64,000 nt of DNA, from the NCBI GenBank assembly GCA_040954595.2, contig JBECUI020000031.1, forward strand, positions 62,001 through 126,000, in the 5' to 3' direction. The position numbers and the translations under genes were made by a program. Positions 43,909 through 57,235 of the stretch are shown in pieces. How positions within the stretch are numbered: position 1 is the stretch's first letter; each line of letters starts with the position of its first letter. Below the pieces are notes generated by a model. It was not told the origin of the DNA and ran no database searches. It saw nothing but the letters and a program-made list of their open reading frames with translations. The DNA is from Balanoglossus misakiensis. Its lineage: Eukaryota; Animalia; Hemichordata.

Positions 43909-43937
43909 ATCCTATCGTAGTTATTCTTTTTTGTCAA
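43909..43937 (-). promoter_or_regulatory. Sigma70 promoter, TAGGAT allele (also 47002-47030, 53419-53447, 62749-62777)
   Basis: TTGACA-N17-TAGGAT, ending about 33 nt upstream of the ATG. Confidence 0.8.
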
Positions 43938-44364
43938 GTCTTTTCCATAGGTAAAAGACTTTTTGATTGAGCAGTGATATTGAATAATGACACTACGCTT
44001 CTAAAGCTTATGACGTTTTAGAGAGAATGCTAAGTTTTTTGGAATTATTTTCTGTTTTTGGGGAAGACTTCGGGGTTGGGGTGGCGAGGGAGGGGTCCAG
44101 GGGGGGCAGGTTGGGGGAGATGTGCCTTCCAAGGCCCGCACGGACTGCGGGGCTTGGAGGGCTGGACTGCTGGTAGATCCATCATCCCCGCATTTGCGGG
44201 GGTGATGGCTAGGGGGTTGGCAGGGGGGTGTCGGGCTGGCCGGGGAAGTTGGTGATGTGGGGGTGGTAGGGGGAGATGTGCCTTCCAAGGCCCGCACGGA
44301 CTGCGGGGCTTGGAGGGCGGGATTGCTGGTAGAGCCATCATCCCCGCATTTGCGGGGGTGATGG

Positions 44365-46969
44365 CTAGGGGGTTGGCAGGGGGGTGTCGGGCTGGCCGGA
44401 GAGGTTGGTGATGTGGGGGTGGTAGGGGGGGGTGCCGTTCACCCGGCCTTCAATGACCCAATCGTTGACGGACCAGCCTAGCTTGCCAGTTTCGGTTCCA
44501 GTGTACCAGCTTGGGGTTTTTAGTTGATCCAGGCTGACGGTGCTGCCATAGGTGTTGGGTGTAGCGTGGGCATTGCCGTCAGGGTCTGTGATACTCTGAT
44601 TCGCATAGCGGTAGCTGCTCGTTATGGAGCCAAAGAATGCTCCGACCAAACCACCCACCTGGGGGGCCACCTGGGGGGAGCCTCTCTGCCCCAAGACATT
44701 CCCTGTAGCATAGCTATTCGTTATGGTGCCATGATCAAGGATTCCTATCAAACCACCCACCGCACTGGTCCCCGAGACATCTCCAGCCGCATAGCTGTCT
44801 GTTATGCCCCCCTCACTAATAGATCCAACCAAACCACCCACGCTGTCACTTTGCCCCGAGACATCTCCAGTGGCATAGCTGTTCGTTATAGTGGTATCAA
44901 ATACCTGTCCGGCCAAGCCGCCCACAAAATTCCTCTGACCCGAGACATCTCCAGTGGCATAGCTAGCCATTATACTACCTCTGCTGTCTCCAACCAAGCC
45001 GCCCACGCTACTTCCCTGACCCGTGACATCTCCAGTGGCATGGCTATCTGTTATGGAGGCTCTATTATCTCCAACCAAACCACCCACGTTATTCCCCTGT
45101 CCCGAGACATCTCCGGTGGAATAGCTATCCCTTATGCTGCCGCTGCTGTACCCAACCAAACCACCCACGGTACCCCCCTGCCCCGAGACATCTCCGGTGG
45201 AATAGCTATCCCTTATGCTGCCGCTGCTGGACCCAGCCACGCCACCCACGTTGCTGCTACCCGTGACAGAACCCGTGGTATAGCTGCCTGTTATGGTTCC
45301 ACCCGATACTCCAGCCAAACCACCAACGCTTCTGCTACCCGTGACAGAACCCGTAGCATAGCTGCCTATAATCTCTCCCTCGTTATACCCAACCAAACTA
45401 CCTACGTTAGTATCCCCCGAGAAAGAGCCACCCAGCAGTTCCAAATCCTTAATTTGACCTCCAGCAAGCATAAAATTAAAAAACCGACTCTATTAGCTAA
45501 GGTGTCGTGACGGTCATTCCCTCGATACTGTGGTTTTTACCATCAAAACTCCCAGCATATCCACCGCTTAGGTAGTTTCCATCGTCGTCATAAGTTCCAG
45601 GGCTAAGAGGGGTCCAGTTTCCGTTGTCGGCATCATCGTCGCTGTCGAAGGGGGTCATCCCTGATCCCGTCGTTGTCGGCGTCAGCGAAGTTGAGGTCCA
45701 TGCTTAGCTCGTAGTTCCAGTTATCGGGGTAGTTTTCACTATCCACTCCGATTTTGGCCAGTTCACTCAGGCGGTGGATGTACTGCTTGCCATTGGCGGC
45801 GGGAATAAGGGGGGTGGTGTAACGGTATTCAGCGCTGCCGTCGCTGAGCTGAGCACGCAGGTAGTAGGGCCTTTCATTGCTGACCCCGCTGAGTTCCACT
45901 GTCTGAGGGCCAAGGCTGCCTGTAAAGGAAACCTGCTTGACCATGATGCTTAAAGCCTGGTCGGTGAAGGCTTGGAGTTCTGATTCTAGTCCTAGGGGAG
46001 CGTCAACTTCAACCATGATTTTTCCAGAACGGGGAACGGCATCGGTAATGACGATGCCATGGGGAGAATAAGGATTAGGAAGCGTTATCCAATCCGTGAA
46101 GGCCTCCGGGGAGACCTGGCTCCCTTTGGCCCGCAGGCGGTAGGAGGTACCGTCGGTCAGGCCAGTCAGGCTTATCTCCTGGGATGTTGTTGCCGTCGGT
46201 TCGGAAACTGCTGTTGCGGTGGTAACGCCAGCTTCGGTGCGAGCTTCTACGGTAATGCTAACGCCGGGTAGGGGCTTGAGGGTAATGATGAGGCTTTGGT
46301 AAGCCTGTCTTATGTTTTCAATGACAGAGGGGTCCAAGGCCCGTTCCGGACCGCCGAAGCCGCTCCAGAGGCCTTCAGTGTAGCCTGTTGTTTCTCCGAT
46401 GGGGTAAAGGAGGGTGATCCCGGTCAAGGGGGCAGGAAAGGCCTCGGCGGGCTGCCTATAAAGCTGGGGGCCCTGGGGGCCAGGACGGTGAGTTTATTAA
46501 GGGCCGTTCCGGCGAAGGCCAGATTGCCGATGGAGGTGATACCGTTACCTACATGTACTTCGCTCAAGGAGGCAGCTGAGCTGAAGGCCTCGTCTCCTAT
46601 AGTCGTGACGCTGTTGGGAATATTTATGCTGGTAAGGGTGGAATTTTTAAAGGCTGCCTCGGCTATGGCCGTAACGGGCTTGTTATAAATGAAAGAGGGT
46701 ATGCTGAGGTCGGTGCTGTCTTGTCTTGCCAGACCAGTTATAGTGATTTCCCTGCCTTCGTCCTGGTAGGTAAGTGCGTCGAAACTAGGGGGGGCGGTGA
46801 GGTTGCTGCAGGGAAGTTATCAGGTAGAAAACGAAAAGGAAAAGACCAACTTTAGTGGCTAGGGTTTTTCTATGCTGTCTTACGCGGGGAAGTGAGTGAG
46901 TGAGTGAGTGAGTGAGTGAGTGAGTGAGTGAGTGAGTGAGTGAGTGAGTGAGTTGATAGATAAATTCAT
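44365..46969 (-). CDS. Phase-variable LRR/GLUG lipoprotein, copy 3 (OFF, n=15; homopolymer indels near 46811, 46449, 45650, 45499)
   Basis: Same architecture; indels found by comparison with sister copies. Confidence 0.82.
46891..46953 (-). repeat. SSR (CACT)15, copy 3
   Basis: 63 bp = (AGTG)15AGT. Confidence 0.97.
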
Positions 46970-47199
46970 ATGCTGGATCTCCTTACAAATTTGATTGGTC
47001 TATCCTATCGTAGGTATTCTTTTTTGTCAAGTCTTTTCTATAGGTAAAAGACTTTTTGATTGAGCAGTGATCTTGAATAAGGACACTACGCTTCTAAAGC
47101 TTATGACGTTTTAGAGAGAATGCTAAGTTTTTTGGAATTATTTTCTGTTTTGGGGAAGACTTCAGGGTTGGGGCGGCGATGGAGAGGTCCAGGGGGGGG

Positions 47200-47670
47200 G
47201 TGGTTTGGGGAGATGTGCCTTCCAAGGCCCGCACGGACTACGGGCCTTGGAGGGCGGGATTGCTGGTAGAGGCATCATCCCCGCATTTGCGGGGGTGATG
47301 GCTAGGGGGTTGGCAGGGGGGTGTCGGGCTGGCCGGGGAGGTTGGTGATGTGGGGGTGGTTGGGGGAGATGAGCCCTCCAAGGCCCGCACGGACTGCGGG
47401 GCTTGGAGGGCGGGATTGCTGGTAGAGGCATCATCCCCGCATTTGCGGGGGTGATGGCTAGGGGGTTGGTAGGGGGGTGTCGGGCTGGCCGGGGAGGTTG
47501 GTGATGGGGGGCTGGTTGGGGGAGATGTGCCTTCCAAGGCCCGCACGGACTGCGGGGCTTGGAGGGCGGGATTGCTGGTAGAGGCATCATCCCCGCATTT
47601 GCGGGGGTGATGGCTAGGGGGTTGGCAGGGGGGTGTCGGGCTGGCCGGGGAAGTTAGTGATGTGGGGGTG
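47200..47670. repeat. 156-bp double-hairpin tandem repeat (3 copies here; 1-3 after each of copies 2-9)
   Basis: GGCATCATCCCCGCATTTGCGGGGGTGATG recurs at 47271, 47427 and 47583 (period 156). Each unit also has the hairpin CCTyCAAGGCCCGCA-CGGAC-TGCGGGGCTTGGAGG and a copy of the gene's last ~55 nt. Confidence 0.95.
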
Positions 47671-50263
47671 GTTGGGGGGGTGCCGTTCACCCGACCTGTG
47701 ATGACCCAGTCCTCGGCGGTCCAGCCTAGATTGCTTGAGTCGGTGGAGGTGTACCAGCTTGGGGTTTTTAGTTGAACCAGGGTTACGGTGCTGCCGAAGG
47801 TGGTGGGTGTAGCGTGGGCATTGCCGTCAGGGTCCGTGATACTCTGATTCGCATAGCGGTAGCTGTTCGTTATGGTGCCAAAGGATACTCCGACCAAACC
47901 ACCCACGCTATTACTCTGTCCCGAGACATCCCCTGTAGCATAGCTATTCGTTAGGGTACCTCCATCGAGTACTCCTATCAAACCACCCCCAGCATCGTTA
48001 CACGTGACATCACCAGTAGCATAGCTGCCTGTTATGATAGCAGTGCTCTGTCCAACCAAACCACCCACAAGATTGAACCCCGAAACAGTACCAGTGGCAT
48101 AGCTGCCTGTTATGATAGCAGTGCTGTTCCCGGCCAAACCACCTACCTGATGACTCTGCCCCGAGACATCTCCAGTGGCATAGCTGCCTGTTATGCTACT
48201 AGTGCTGAGCCCAGCCAAACCACCCACAATGTCACTCATCCCCGAGACATCTCCAGTAGCATAGCTGCCTGTTATGCTAGCAGTGCTGTGCCCGGCCAAG
48301 CCGCCGACATACCCCTGACCCGTGACATCTCCAGTGGCATGGCTATCTGTTATGGAAGCACGGCTCTGTCCAACCAAACCACCCACGGTACCCCCCTGCC
48401 CCGAGACATCTCCGGTGGAATAGCTATCCCTTATGCTACCGCCGCTGTACCCAGCCAAACCACCAACGTTGCTGCTACCCGTGACAGAACCCGTGGTATA
48501 GCTGTCTGTTATGGTTCCATCCGATACTCCAGCCAAACCACCAACGTTGCTGCTACCCGTGACAGAACCCGTGGTATAGCTGCCTGTTATGGTTCCACCC
48601 GATACTCCAGCCAAACCACCAACGCTTCTGCTACCCGTGACAGAACCCGTAGAATAGCTGCCTATGATCTCTCCCTCGTTATACCCAACCAAACTACCTA
48701 CGTTAGAATTACCCGAGAAAGAGCCACCCAGCAGTTCCAGATCCTTAATTTGACCTCCAGCAAGCATCAAATTAAAAAAACCTACTCTATTAGCTAAAGG
48801 TGTCGTGACGGTCATTCCCTCGATACTGTGGTTTTTACCATCAAAGTTCCCACCATACCCACCGCTTAGGTAGTTTCCATCGTCGTCATAAGTTCCAGGG
48901 CTAAGAGGGGTCCAGTTTCCGTTGTCGGCATCATCGTCGCTGTCGAAGGGGTCATCTCTGATCCCGTCGTTGTCAGCGTCAGCGAAGTTGAGGTCCATGC
49001 TTAGCTCGTAGTTCCAGTTATCGGGGTAGTTTTCACTATCCACTCCGATTTTGGCCAGTTCACTTAGGCGGTGGATGTACTGCTTGCCGTCGGCGGTGGG
49101 GATGAGGGGGGTGGTGTAACGGTATTCAGCGCTGCCGTCGCTGAGCTGGGCACGCAGGTAGTAGGGCCTTTCATTGCTGACCCCGCTGAGTTCCACTGTC
49201 TGAGGGCCGGGGCTGCCTGTAAAGGAAACCTTCTTGACCATGATGCTTAAAGCCTGGTCGGTGAAGGCTTGGAGTTCTGATTCTAGTCCTAGGGGAGCGT
49301 CAACTTCAACCATGATTTTTCCAGAACGGGGAACGGCATCGGTAATGACGATGCCATGGGGAGAGTAAGGATTAGGAAGCGTTATCCAATCCGTGGAGGC
49401 CTCCGGGGAGACCTGGCTCCCTTTGGCCCGCAGGTGGTAGGAGGTACCATCGGTCAGGCCAGTCAGGCTTATCTCCTGGGATGTTGTTGCCGTCGGTTCG
49501 GAAACTGCTGTTGCGGTAGCTTCACTGCTAAAGTCAGCTTCGGTGTGAGCTTCTACGGTAATGCTAACGCCGGGTAGGGGCTTGAGGGTGATGATGAGGC
49601 TTTGGTAAGCCTGTCTTATGTTTTCAATGACAGAGGGGTCCAAGGCCCGTTCCGGACCGCCGAAGCCGCTCCAGGGGGCTTCAGTGTAGCCTGTTGTTTC
49701 TCCGATGGGGTAAAGGAGGGTGATCCCGGTCAAGGGGGCGGGAAAGGCCTCGGCGGGGCTGCCTATAAAGCTGGGGGCCATAGGGGCCAGGACGGTGAGT
49801 TTGTTAAGGGCCGTTCCGGCGAAGGCCAGATTGCCGATGGAGGTGATACCGTTACCTATCTGCACTTCGCTCAAGGAGGCAGCTGAGTTGAAGGCCTCGT
49901 CTCCTATAGTCGTGACGCTGTTGGGAATATTTATGCTGGTAAGGATAGAGTTTTTAAAGGCTGCCTCGGCTATGGCCGTAACGGGCTTGTTATAAATGAA
50001 AGAGGGTATGCTGAGGTCGGTGCTCTCTCGTCTTGCCAGACCAGTTATAGTGATTTCCCTGCCTTCGTCCTGGTAGGTAAGTGCGTCGAAACTAGGGGGG
50101 GCGGTGAGGTTGCTGCAGGAAGTTATCAGGTAGAAAACGAAAAGGAAAAGACCAACTTTAGTGGCTAGGGTTTTTCTATGCTGTCTTACGCGGGGAAGTG
50201 AGTGAGTGAGTGAGTGAGTGAGTGAGTGAGTGAGTGAGTGAGTGAGTTGATAAATAAATTCAT
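47614..50263 (-). CDS. Phase-variable LRR/GLUG lipoprotein, copy 4 (OFF, n=12; 1-nt deletion near 47672 gives read-through into downstream repeats)
   Basis: Same architecture; homologous TAG at 47614-47616. Confidence 0.87.
50197..50247 (-). repeat. SSR (CACT)12, copy 4
   Basis: 51 bp = (AGTG)12AGT. Confidence 0.97.
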
Positions 50264-50751
50264 ATGCTGGATCTCCTTACAAATTTGATTGGTCTACCCT
50301 ATCGTAGTTATTCTTGTTTGTCAAGACTTTTCCATAGGTAAAAGACTTTTTGATTGAGCAGTGATATTGAATAATGACACTACGCTTCTAAAGCTTATGA
50401 CGTTTTAGAGAGAATGCTAAGTTTTTTGGAATCATTTTCTGTTTTTTGGGAAGACTTCGGGGTTGGGGCGGCGATGGAGAGGTCCAGGGGGGGGTGGTTT
50501 GGGGAGATGAGCCTTCCAAGGCCCGCACGGACTGCGGGGCTTGGAGGGCGGGACTGCTGGTAGAGGCATCATCCCCGCATTTGCGGGGGTGATGGCTAGG
50601 GGGTTGGCAGGGGAGTGTCGGGCTGGCCGGGGAGGTTGGTGATGTGGGGCTGGTTTGGGGAGATGTGCCTTCCAAGGCCCGCACGGACTGCGGGGCTTGG
50701 AGGGCGGGATTGCTGGTAGAGGCATCATCCCCGCATTTGCGGGGGTGATGG

Positions 50752-53386
50752 CTAGGGGGTTGGCAGGGGGGTGTCGGGCTGGCCGGGGAAGTTGGTGATG
50801 TGGGGTGGTAGGGGGGGGTGCCGTTCACCCGGCCTTCAATGACCCAATCGTTGACGGACCAGCCTAGCTTGCCAGTTTCGGTTCCAGTGTACCAGCTTGG
50901 GGTTTTTAGTTGATCCAGGCTGACGGTGCTGCCGAAGGTGGTGGGTGTAGCCTGGGCATTGCCGTCAGGGTCCGTGATACTCTGATTCGCATAGCGGTAG
51001 CTGTTCGTTATGGTGCCAAAGGATACTCCGACCAAACCACCCACCTGGGTGCTGCCACTCTTCCCTAAGACATTCCCTGTAGCATAGCTATTCGTTAGGG
51101 TGCCTTCATTGATGAATCCTATCAAACCACCCACGACAGCCCCTTGCCCCAAGACATCTCCAGTCGCATAGCTGCCTGTTATGCCACCACCTGAACTAAC
51201 GAAGTCTCCGACCAAACCACCCACCCCTCCGACCAAACCATCCACCCCATTACTGGTCCCCGAGACATCTCCAGTAGCATAGCTGCCTGTTATGCTAGCA
51301 GTGCTGAGCCCAGCCAAGCCACCCGGACTAAAGTTACCCGTGACATCCCCTGTAGCATAGCTGCCTGTTATGGAGGCATTATTCTCTCCCACCAAACCAC
51401 CCACCTTTTCGTTCCCCGAGACATCTCCAGTGGCATAGCTAGCCCTTATGCTGCCGTTGCTGTCTCCAACCAAACCACCCACGTTATTTCCCTGTCCCGA
51501 GACATCTCCGGTGGCATAGCTATCCCTTATGATACCGCCGCTGTACCCAGCCAAGCCTCCCACGTTATTCCCCTGTCCCGAGACATCTCCGGTGGAATAG
51601 CTAGCCCTTATGCTGCCGCTGCTGGACCCAGCCAAGCCACCCACGTTGCTGCCACCCGTGACAGAACCCGTGGTATAGCTGCCTGTTATGGTTCCACCCG
51701 ATACTCCAGCCAAACCACCAACGCTTCTGCTACCCGTGACAGAACCCGTAGCATAGCTGCCTATAATCTCTCCCTCGTTATACCCAACCAAACTACCTAC
51801 GTTAGTATCCCCCGAGAAAGAGCCACCCAGCAGTTCCAAATCCTTAATTTGACCTCCAGCAAGCATAAAATTAAAGAAACCTACTCTATTAGCTAAAGGT
51901 GTCGTGACGGTCATTCCCTCGATACTGTGGTTTTTACCATCAAAGTTCCCAGCATATCCACCGCTTAGGTAGTTGCCATCGTCGTCATAAGTTCCAGGGC
52001 TAAGAGGGGTCCAGTTTCCGTTGTCGGCATCATCGTCGCTGTCGAAGGGGTCATCCCTGATCCCGTCGTTGTCAGCGTCAGCGAAGTTGAGGTCCATGCT
52101 TAGCTCGTAGTTCCAGTTATCGGGGTAGTTTTCCGTATCCACTCCGATTTTGGCCAGTTCACTCAGGCGGTGGATGTACTGCTTACCATTGGCGGCGGGA
52201 ATAAGGGGAGTGGAATAGCGGTATTCAGCGCTGCCGTCGCTAAGCTTGGCATGCAGGTAGTAGGCGGTCTCGTTACTGACCCCGCTGAGTTCCACTGTCT
52301 GAGGGCCAAGGCTGCCTGTAAAGGAAACCTGCTTGACCATGATGTTTAAAGCCTGGTCGGTGAAGGCTTGGAGTTCTGCTTCTAGTCCTACAGGAATGCC
52401 AACTTCAACCATGATTTTTCCAGAACGGGGAACGGCATCGGTAATGACGATGCCATGGGGAGAATAAGGATTAGGAAGCGTTATCCAATCCGTGGAGGCC
52501 TCCGGGGAGACCTGGCTCCCTTTGGCCCGCAGGTGGTAGGAAGTACCGTCGGTCAGGCCAGTCAAGCTTATCTCCTGGGATGTTGCTGCCGTCGGTTCGG
52601 AAACTGCTGTTGCGGTAGCTTCACTGGTAAAGCCAGCTTCGGTGTGAGCTTCTACGGTAATGCTAACGCCGGGTAGGGGCTTGAGGGTGATGATGAGGCT
52701 TTGGTAAGCCTGTCTTATGTTTTCAATGACAGCGGGGTCCAAGGCCCGTTCCGGACCGCCGAAGTCGCTCCAGGGGGCTTCAGTGTAGCCTGTTGTTTCT
52801 CCGATGGGGTAAAGGAGGGTGATCCCGGTCAAGGGAGTGGGAAAGGCCTCGGCGGGGCTGCCTGTAAAGCTGGGAGCCCTGGGGGCCAGGATGGTCAGCT
52901 TGTTGAGAGCCGTTCCGGCGAATACCAGGTTGCCGATGGAGGTGATACCGTTACCTATCTGCACTTCGCTCAAGGAGGCAGCTGAGCTGAAGGCCTCGTC
53001 TCCTATAGTCGTGACGCTGTTGGGAATATTTATGCTGGTGAGAGTGGAGTTTTTAAAGGCTGCCTCGGCTATGGCCGTAACGGGCTTGTTATAAATGAAA
53101 GAGGGTATGCTGAGGTCGGTGCTCTCTCGTCTTGCCAGACCAGTTATAGTGATTTCCCTGCCTTCGTCCTGGTAGGTAAGTGCGTCGAAACTAGGGGGGG
53201 CGGTGAGGTTGCTGCAGGAAGTTATCAGGTAGAAAACAAAAAGGAAAAGACCAACTTTAGTGGCTAGGGTTTTTCTATGTTGTCTTACGCGGGGAAGTGA
53301 GTGAGTGAGTGAGTGAGTGAGTGAGTGAGTGAGTGAGTGAGTGAGTGAGTGAGTGAGTGAGTGAGTGAGTTGATAGATAAATTCAT
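50752..53386 (-). CDS. Phase-variable LRR/GLUG lipoprotein, copy 5 (OFF, n=18; 1-nt deletion near 50803 gives read-through)
   Basis: Same architecture; homologous TAG at 50752-50754. Confidence 0.87.
53296..53370 (-). repeat. SSR (CACT)18, copy 5
   Basis: 75 bp = (AGTG)18AGT. Confidence 0.97.
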
Positions 53387-53874
53387 ATGCTGGATCTCCT
53401 TACAAATTTGATTGGTCTATCCTATCGTAGGTATTCTTTTTTGTCAAGTCTTTTCTATAGGTAAAAGACTTTTTGATTGAGCAGTGATCTTGAATAAGGA
53501 CACTACGCTTCTAAAGCTTATGACGTTTTAGAGAGAATGCTAAGTTTTTTGGAATTATTTTCTGTTTTTGGGGAAGACTTCAGGGTTGGGGCGGCGATGG
53601 AGAGGTCCAGGGGGGGGTGGTTTGGGGAGATGTGCCTTCCAAGGCCCGCACGGACTGCGGGGCTTGGAGGGCGGGACTGCTGGTAGAGGCATCATCCCCG
53701 CATTTGCGGGGGTGATGGCTAGGGGGTTGGCAGGGGGGTGTCGGGCTGGCCGGGGAGGTTGGTGATGGGGGGCTGGTTTGGGGAGATGTGCCTTCCAAGG
53801 CCCGCACGGACTGCGGGGCTTGGAGGGCGGGATTGCTGGTAGAGGCATCATCCCCGCATTTGCGGGGGTGATGG

Positions 53875-56536
53875 CTAGGGGGTTGGCAGGGGGGTGTCGG
53901 GCTGGCCGGGGAAGTTGGTGATGTGGGGGTGGTAGGGGGGGGTGCCGTTCACCCGGCCTTCAATGACCCAATCGTTGACGGACCAGCCTAGCTTGCCAGT
54001 TTCGGTTCCAGTGTACCAGCTTGGGGTTTTTAGTTGATCCAGGCTGACGGTGCTGCCGAAGGTGGTGGGTGTAGCCTGGGCATTGCCGTCAGGGTCCGTG
54101 ATACTCTGATTCGCATAGCGGTAGCTGTTCGTTATGGTGCCAAAGGATACTCCGACCAAACCACCCACCTGGGTGCTGCCACTCTTCCCTAAGACATTCC
54201 CTGTAGCATAGCTATTCGTTAGGGTGCCTTCACTGAGTACTCCTATCAAACCACCCCCAGCATCGTTACACGTGACATCACCAGTAGCATAGCTGCCTGT
54301 TATGCCACGGCTCTGTCCAACCAAACCACCTACCTGATTACTCTGCCCCGAGACATCTCCAGTGGCATAGCTGCCTGTTATGATAGCAGTGCTGAGCCCA
54401 GCCAAGCCACCCACGGTACCCCCCTGCCCCGAGACATCTCCAGTGGCATAGCTGCCTGTTATGCTACTAGTGCTGAGCCCAGCCAAGCCACCCACAATGT
54501 CACTCATCCCCGAGACATCTCCAGTAGCATAGCTGCCTGTTATGCTAGCAGTGCTGTGCCCGGCCAAGCCGCCCACGTTAGCTCCCTGACCCGTGACATC
54601 TCCAGTGGCATGGCTATCTGTTATGGAAGCACGGCTCTGTCCAACCAAACCACCCACGGTACCCCCCTGCCCCGAGACATCTCCGGTGGCATAGCTATCC
54701 CTTATGATACCGCCGCTGTACCCAGCCAAGCCTCCCACGTTATTCCCCTGTCCCGAGACATCTCCGGTGGAATAGCTATCCCTTATGCTGCCGCTGCTGG
54801 ACCCAGCCAAACCACCCACGTTGCTGCTACCCGTGACAGAACCCGTGGTATAGCTGCCTGTTATGGTTCCACCCGATACTCCAGCCAAACCACCAACGCT
54901 TCTGCTACCCGTGACAGAAGCCGTAGCATAGCTGCCTATAATCTCTCCCTCGTTATACCCAACCAAACTACCTACGTTAGTATCCCCCGAGAAAGAGCCA
55001 CCCAGCAGTTCCAAATCCTTAATTTGACCTCCAGCAAGCATAAAATTAAAAAAACCTACTCTATTAGCTAAAGGTGTCGTGACGGTCATTCCCTCGATAC
55101 TGTGGTTTTTACCATCAAAGTTCCCAGCATATCCACCGCTTAGGTAGTTGCCATCGTCGTCATAAGTTCCAGGGCTAAGAGGGGTCCAGTTTCCGTTGTC
55201 GGCATCATCGTCGCTGTCGAAGGGGTCATCCCTGATCCCGTCGTTGTTCGCGTCAGCGAAGTTGAGGTCCATGCTTAGCTCGTAGTTCCAGTTATCGGGG
55301 TAGTTTTCCGTATCCACTCCGATTTTGGCCAGTTCACTCAGGCGGTGGATGTACTGCTTACCATTGGCGGCGGGAATAAGGGGAGTGGAATAGCGGTATT
55401 CAGCGCTGCCGTCGCTGAGCTGGGCACGCAGGTAGTAGGGCCTTTCATTGCTGAGTCCGCTTAGTTCCACTGTCTGAGGGCCGAGGCTGCCTGTAAAGGA
55501 AACCTTCTTGACCATGATGCTTAAAGCCTGGTCGGTGAAGGCTTGGAGTTCTGATTCTAGTCCTAGGGGAGCGTCAACTTCAACCATGATTTTTCCAGAA
55601 CGGGGAACGGCATCGGTAATGACGATGCCATGGGGAGAATAAGAATTAGGAAGCGTTATCCAATCCGTGGAGGCCTCCGGGGAGACCTGGCTCCCTTTGG
55701 CCCGCAGGTGGTAGGAGGTACCGTCGGTCAGGCCAGTCAAGCTTATCTCCTGGGATGTTGTTGCCGTCGGTTCGGAAACTGCTGTTGCGGTGGTAGAGCC
55801 AGCTTCGGTGAGAGCTTCAACGGTAATGCTAACGCCGGGTAGGGGCTTGAGGGTGATGATGAGGCTTTGGTAAGCCTGTCTTATGTTTTCAATGACAGAG
55901 GGGTCCAAGGCCCGTTCCGGACCGCCGAAGCCGCTCCAGAGGCCTTCAGTGTAGCCTGTTGTTTCTCCGATGGGGTAAAGGAGGGTGATCCCGGTCAAGG
56001 GGGCAGGAAAGGCCTCGGCGGGGCTGCCTATAAAGCTGGGGGCCATAGGAGCCAGGATGGTCAGCTTGTTGAGGGCCGTTCCGGCGAAGGCCAGATTGCC
56101 GATGGAGGTGATACCGTTACCTACATGTACTTCGCTCAAGGAGGCAGCTGAGCTGAAGGCCTCGTCTCCTATAGTCGTGACGCTGTTGGGAATATTTATG
56201 CTGGTAAGGGTGGAATTTTTAAAGGCTGCCTCGGCTATGGCCGTAACGGGCTTGTTATAAATGAAAGAGGGTATGCTGAGGTCGGTGCTGTCTTGTCTTG
56301 CCAGACCAGTTATAGTGATTTCCCTGCCTTCGTCCTGGTAGGTAAGTGCGTCGAAACTAGGGGGGGCGGTGAGGTTGCTGCAGGAAGTTATCAGGTAGAA
56401 AACGAAAAGGAAAAGACCAACTTTAGTGGCTAGGGTTTTTCTATGCTGTCTTACGCGGGGAAGTGAGTGAGTGAGTGAGTGAGTGAGTGAGTGAGTGAGT
56501 GAGTGAGTGAGTGAGTGAGTTGATAAATAAATTCAT
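53875..56536 (-). CDS. Phase-variable LRR/GLUG lipoprotein, copy 6 (OFF, n=14; otherwise intact)
   Basis: ATG lies 397 nt upstream of the track ORF start (1 mod 3). Confidence 0.9.
56462..56520 (-). repeat. SSR (CACT)14, copy 6
   Basis: 59 bp = (AGTG)14AGT. Confidence 0.97.
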
Positions 56537-56764
56537 ATGCTGGATCTCCTTACAAATTTGATTGGTCTACCCTATCGTAGTTATTCTTTTTTGTCAAGAC
56601 TTTTCCATAGGTAAAAGACTTTTTGATTGAGCAGTGATCTTGAATAAGGACACTACGCTTCTAAAGCTTATGACGTTTTAGAGGGAATGCCAAATTTTTT
56701 GGAATTATTTTCTGTTTTTGGGGAAGACCTCGGGGTTGGGGCGGCGATGGAGAGGTCCAGGGGG

Positions 56765-57235
56765 GGCAGGTTGGGGGAGATGTGCCTTCCAAGGCCCGCA
56801 CGGACTGCGGGGCTTGGAGGGCGGGACTACTGGTAGAGGCATCATCCCCGCATTTGCGGGGGTGATGGCTAGGGGGTTGGCAGGGGGGTGTCGGGCTGGC
56901 CGGGGAAGTTGGTGATGTGGGGCTGGTTGGGGGAGATGTGCCTTCCAAGGCCCGCACAGACTGCGGGGCTTGGAGGGCGGGACTGCTGGTAGAGGCATCA
57001 CCCCCGCATTTGCGGGGGTGATGGCTAGGGGGTTGGCAGGGGGGTGTCGGGCTGGCCGGGGAAGTTGGTGATGTGGGGCTGGTTGGGGGAGATGTGCCTT
57101 CCAAGGCCCGCACGGACTGCGGGCCTTGGAGGGCGGGACTACTGGTAGAGGCATCATCCCCGCATTTGCGGGGGTGATGGCTAGGGGGTTGGTAGGGGGG
57201 TGTCGGGCTGGCCGGGGAGGTTGGTGATGTGGGGG
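56765..57235. repeat. 156-bp double-hairpin tandem repeat, 3 copies
   Basis: Hairpin starts near 56840, 56996 and 57152. Confidence 0.93.

Noticed and set aside
44001-44341. Stand-alone Pro-rich ORFs in the inter-unit repeats
   Set aside because: C-rich repeat DNA is open in several frames; no RBS.
44524-45510. Long + strand ORFs with RDISSGIA repeats (also 38781, 48150, 54556, 57664, 60642)
   Set aside because: Antisense shadows of the GLUG repeats.
47200-47670. CRISPR array (hairpin resembles type I-E repeats)
   Set aside because: The intervening sequences are about 128 bp and near-identical to each other rather than unique 30-40-bp spacers; no cas genes in the window.
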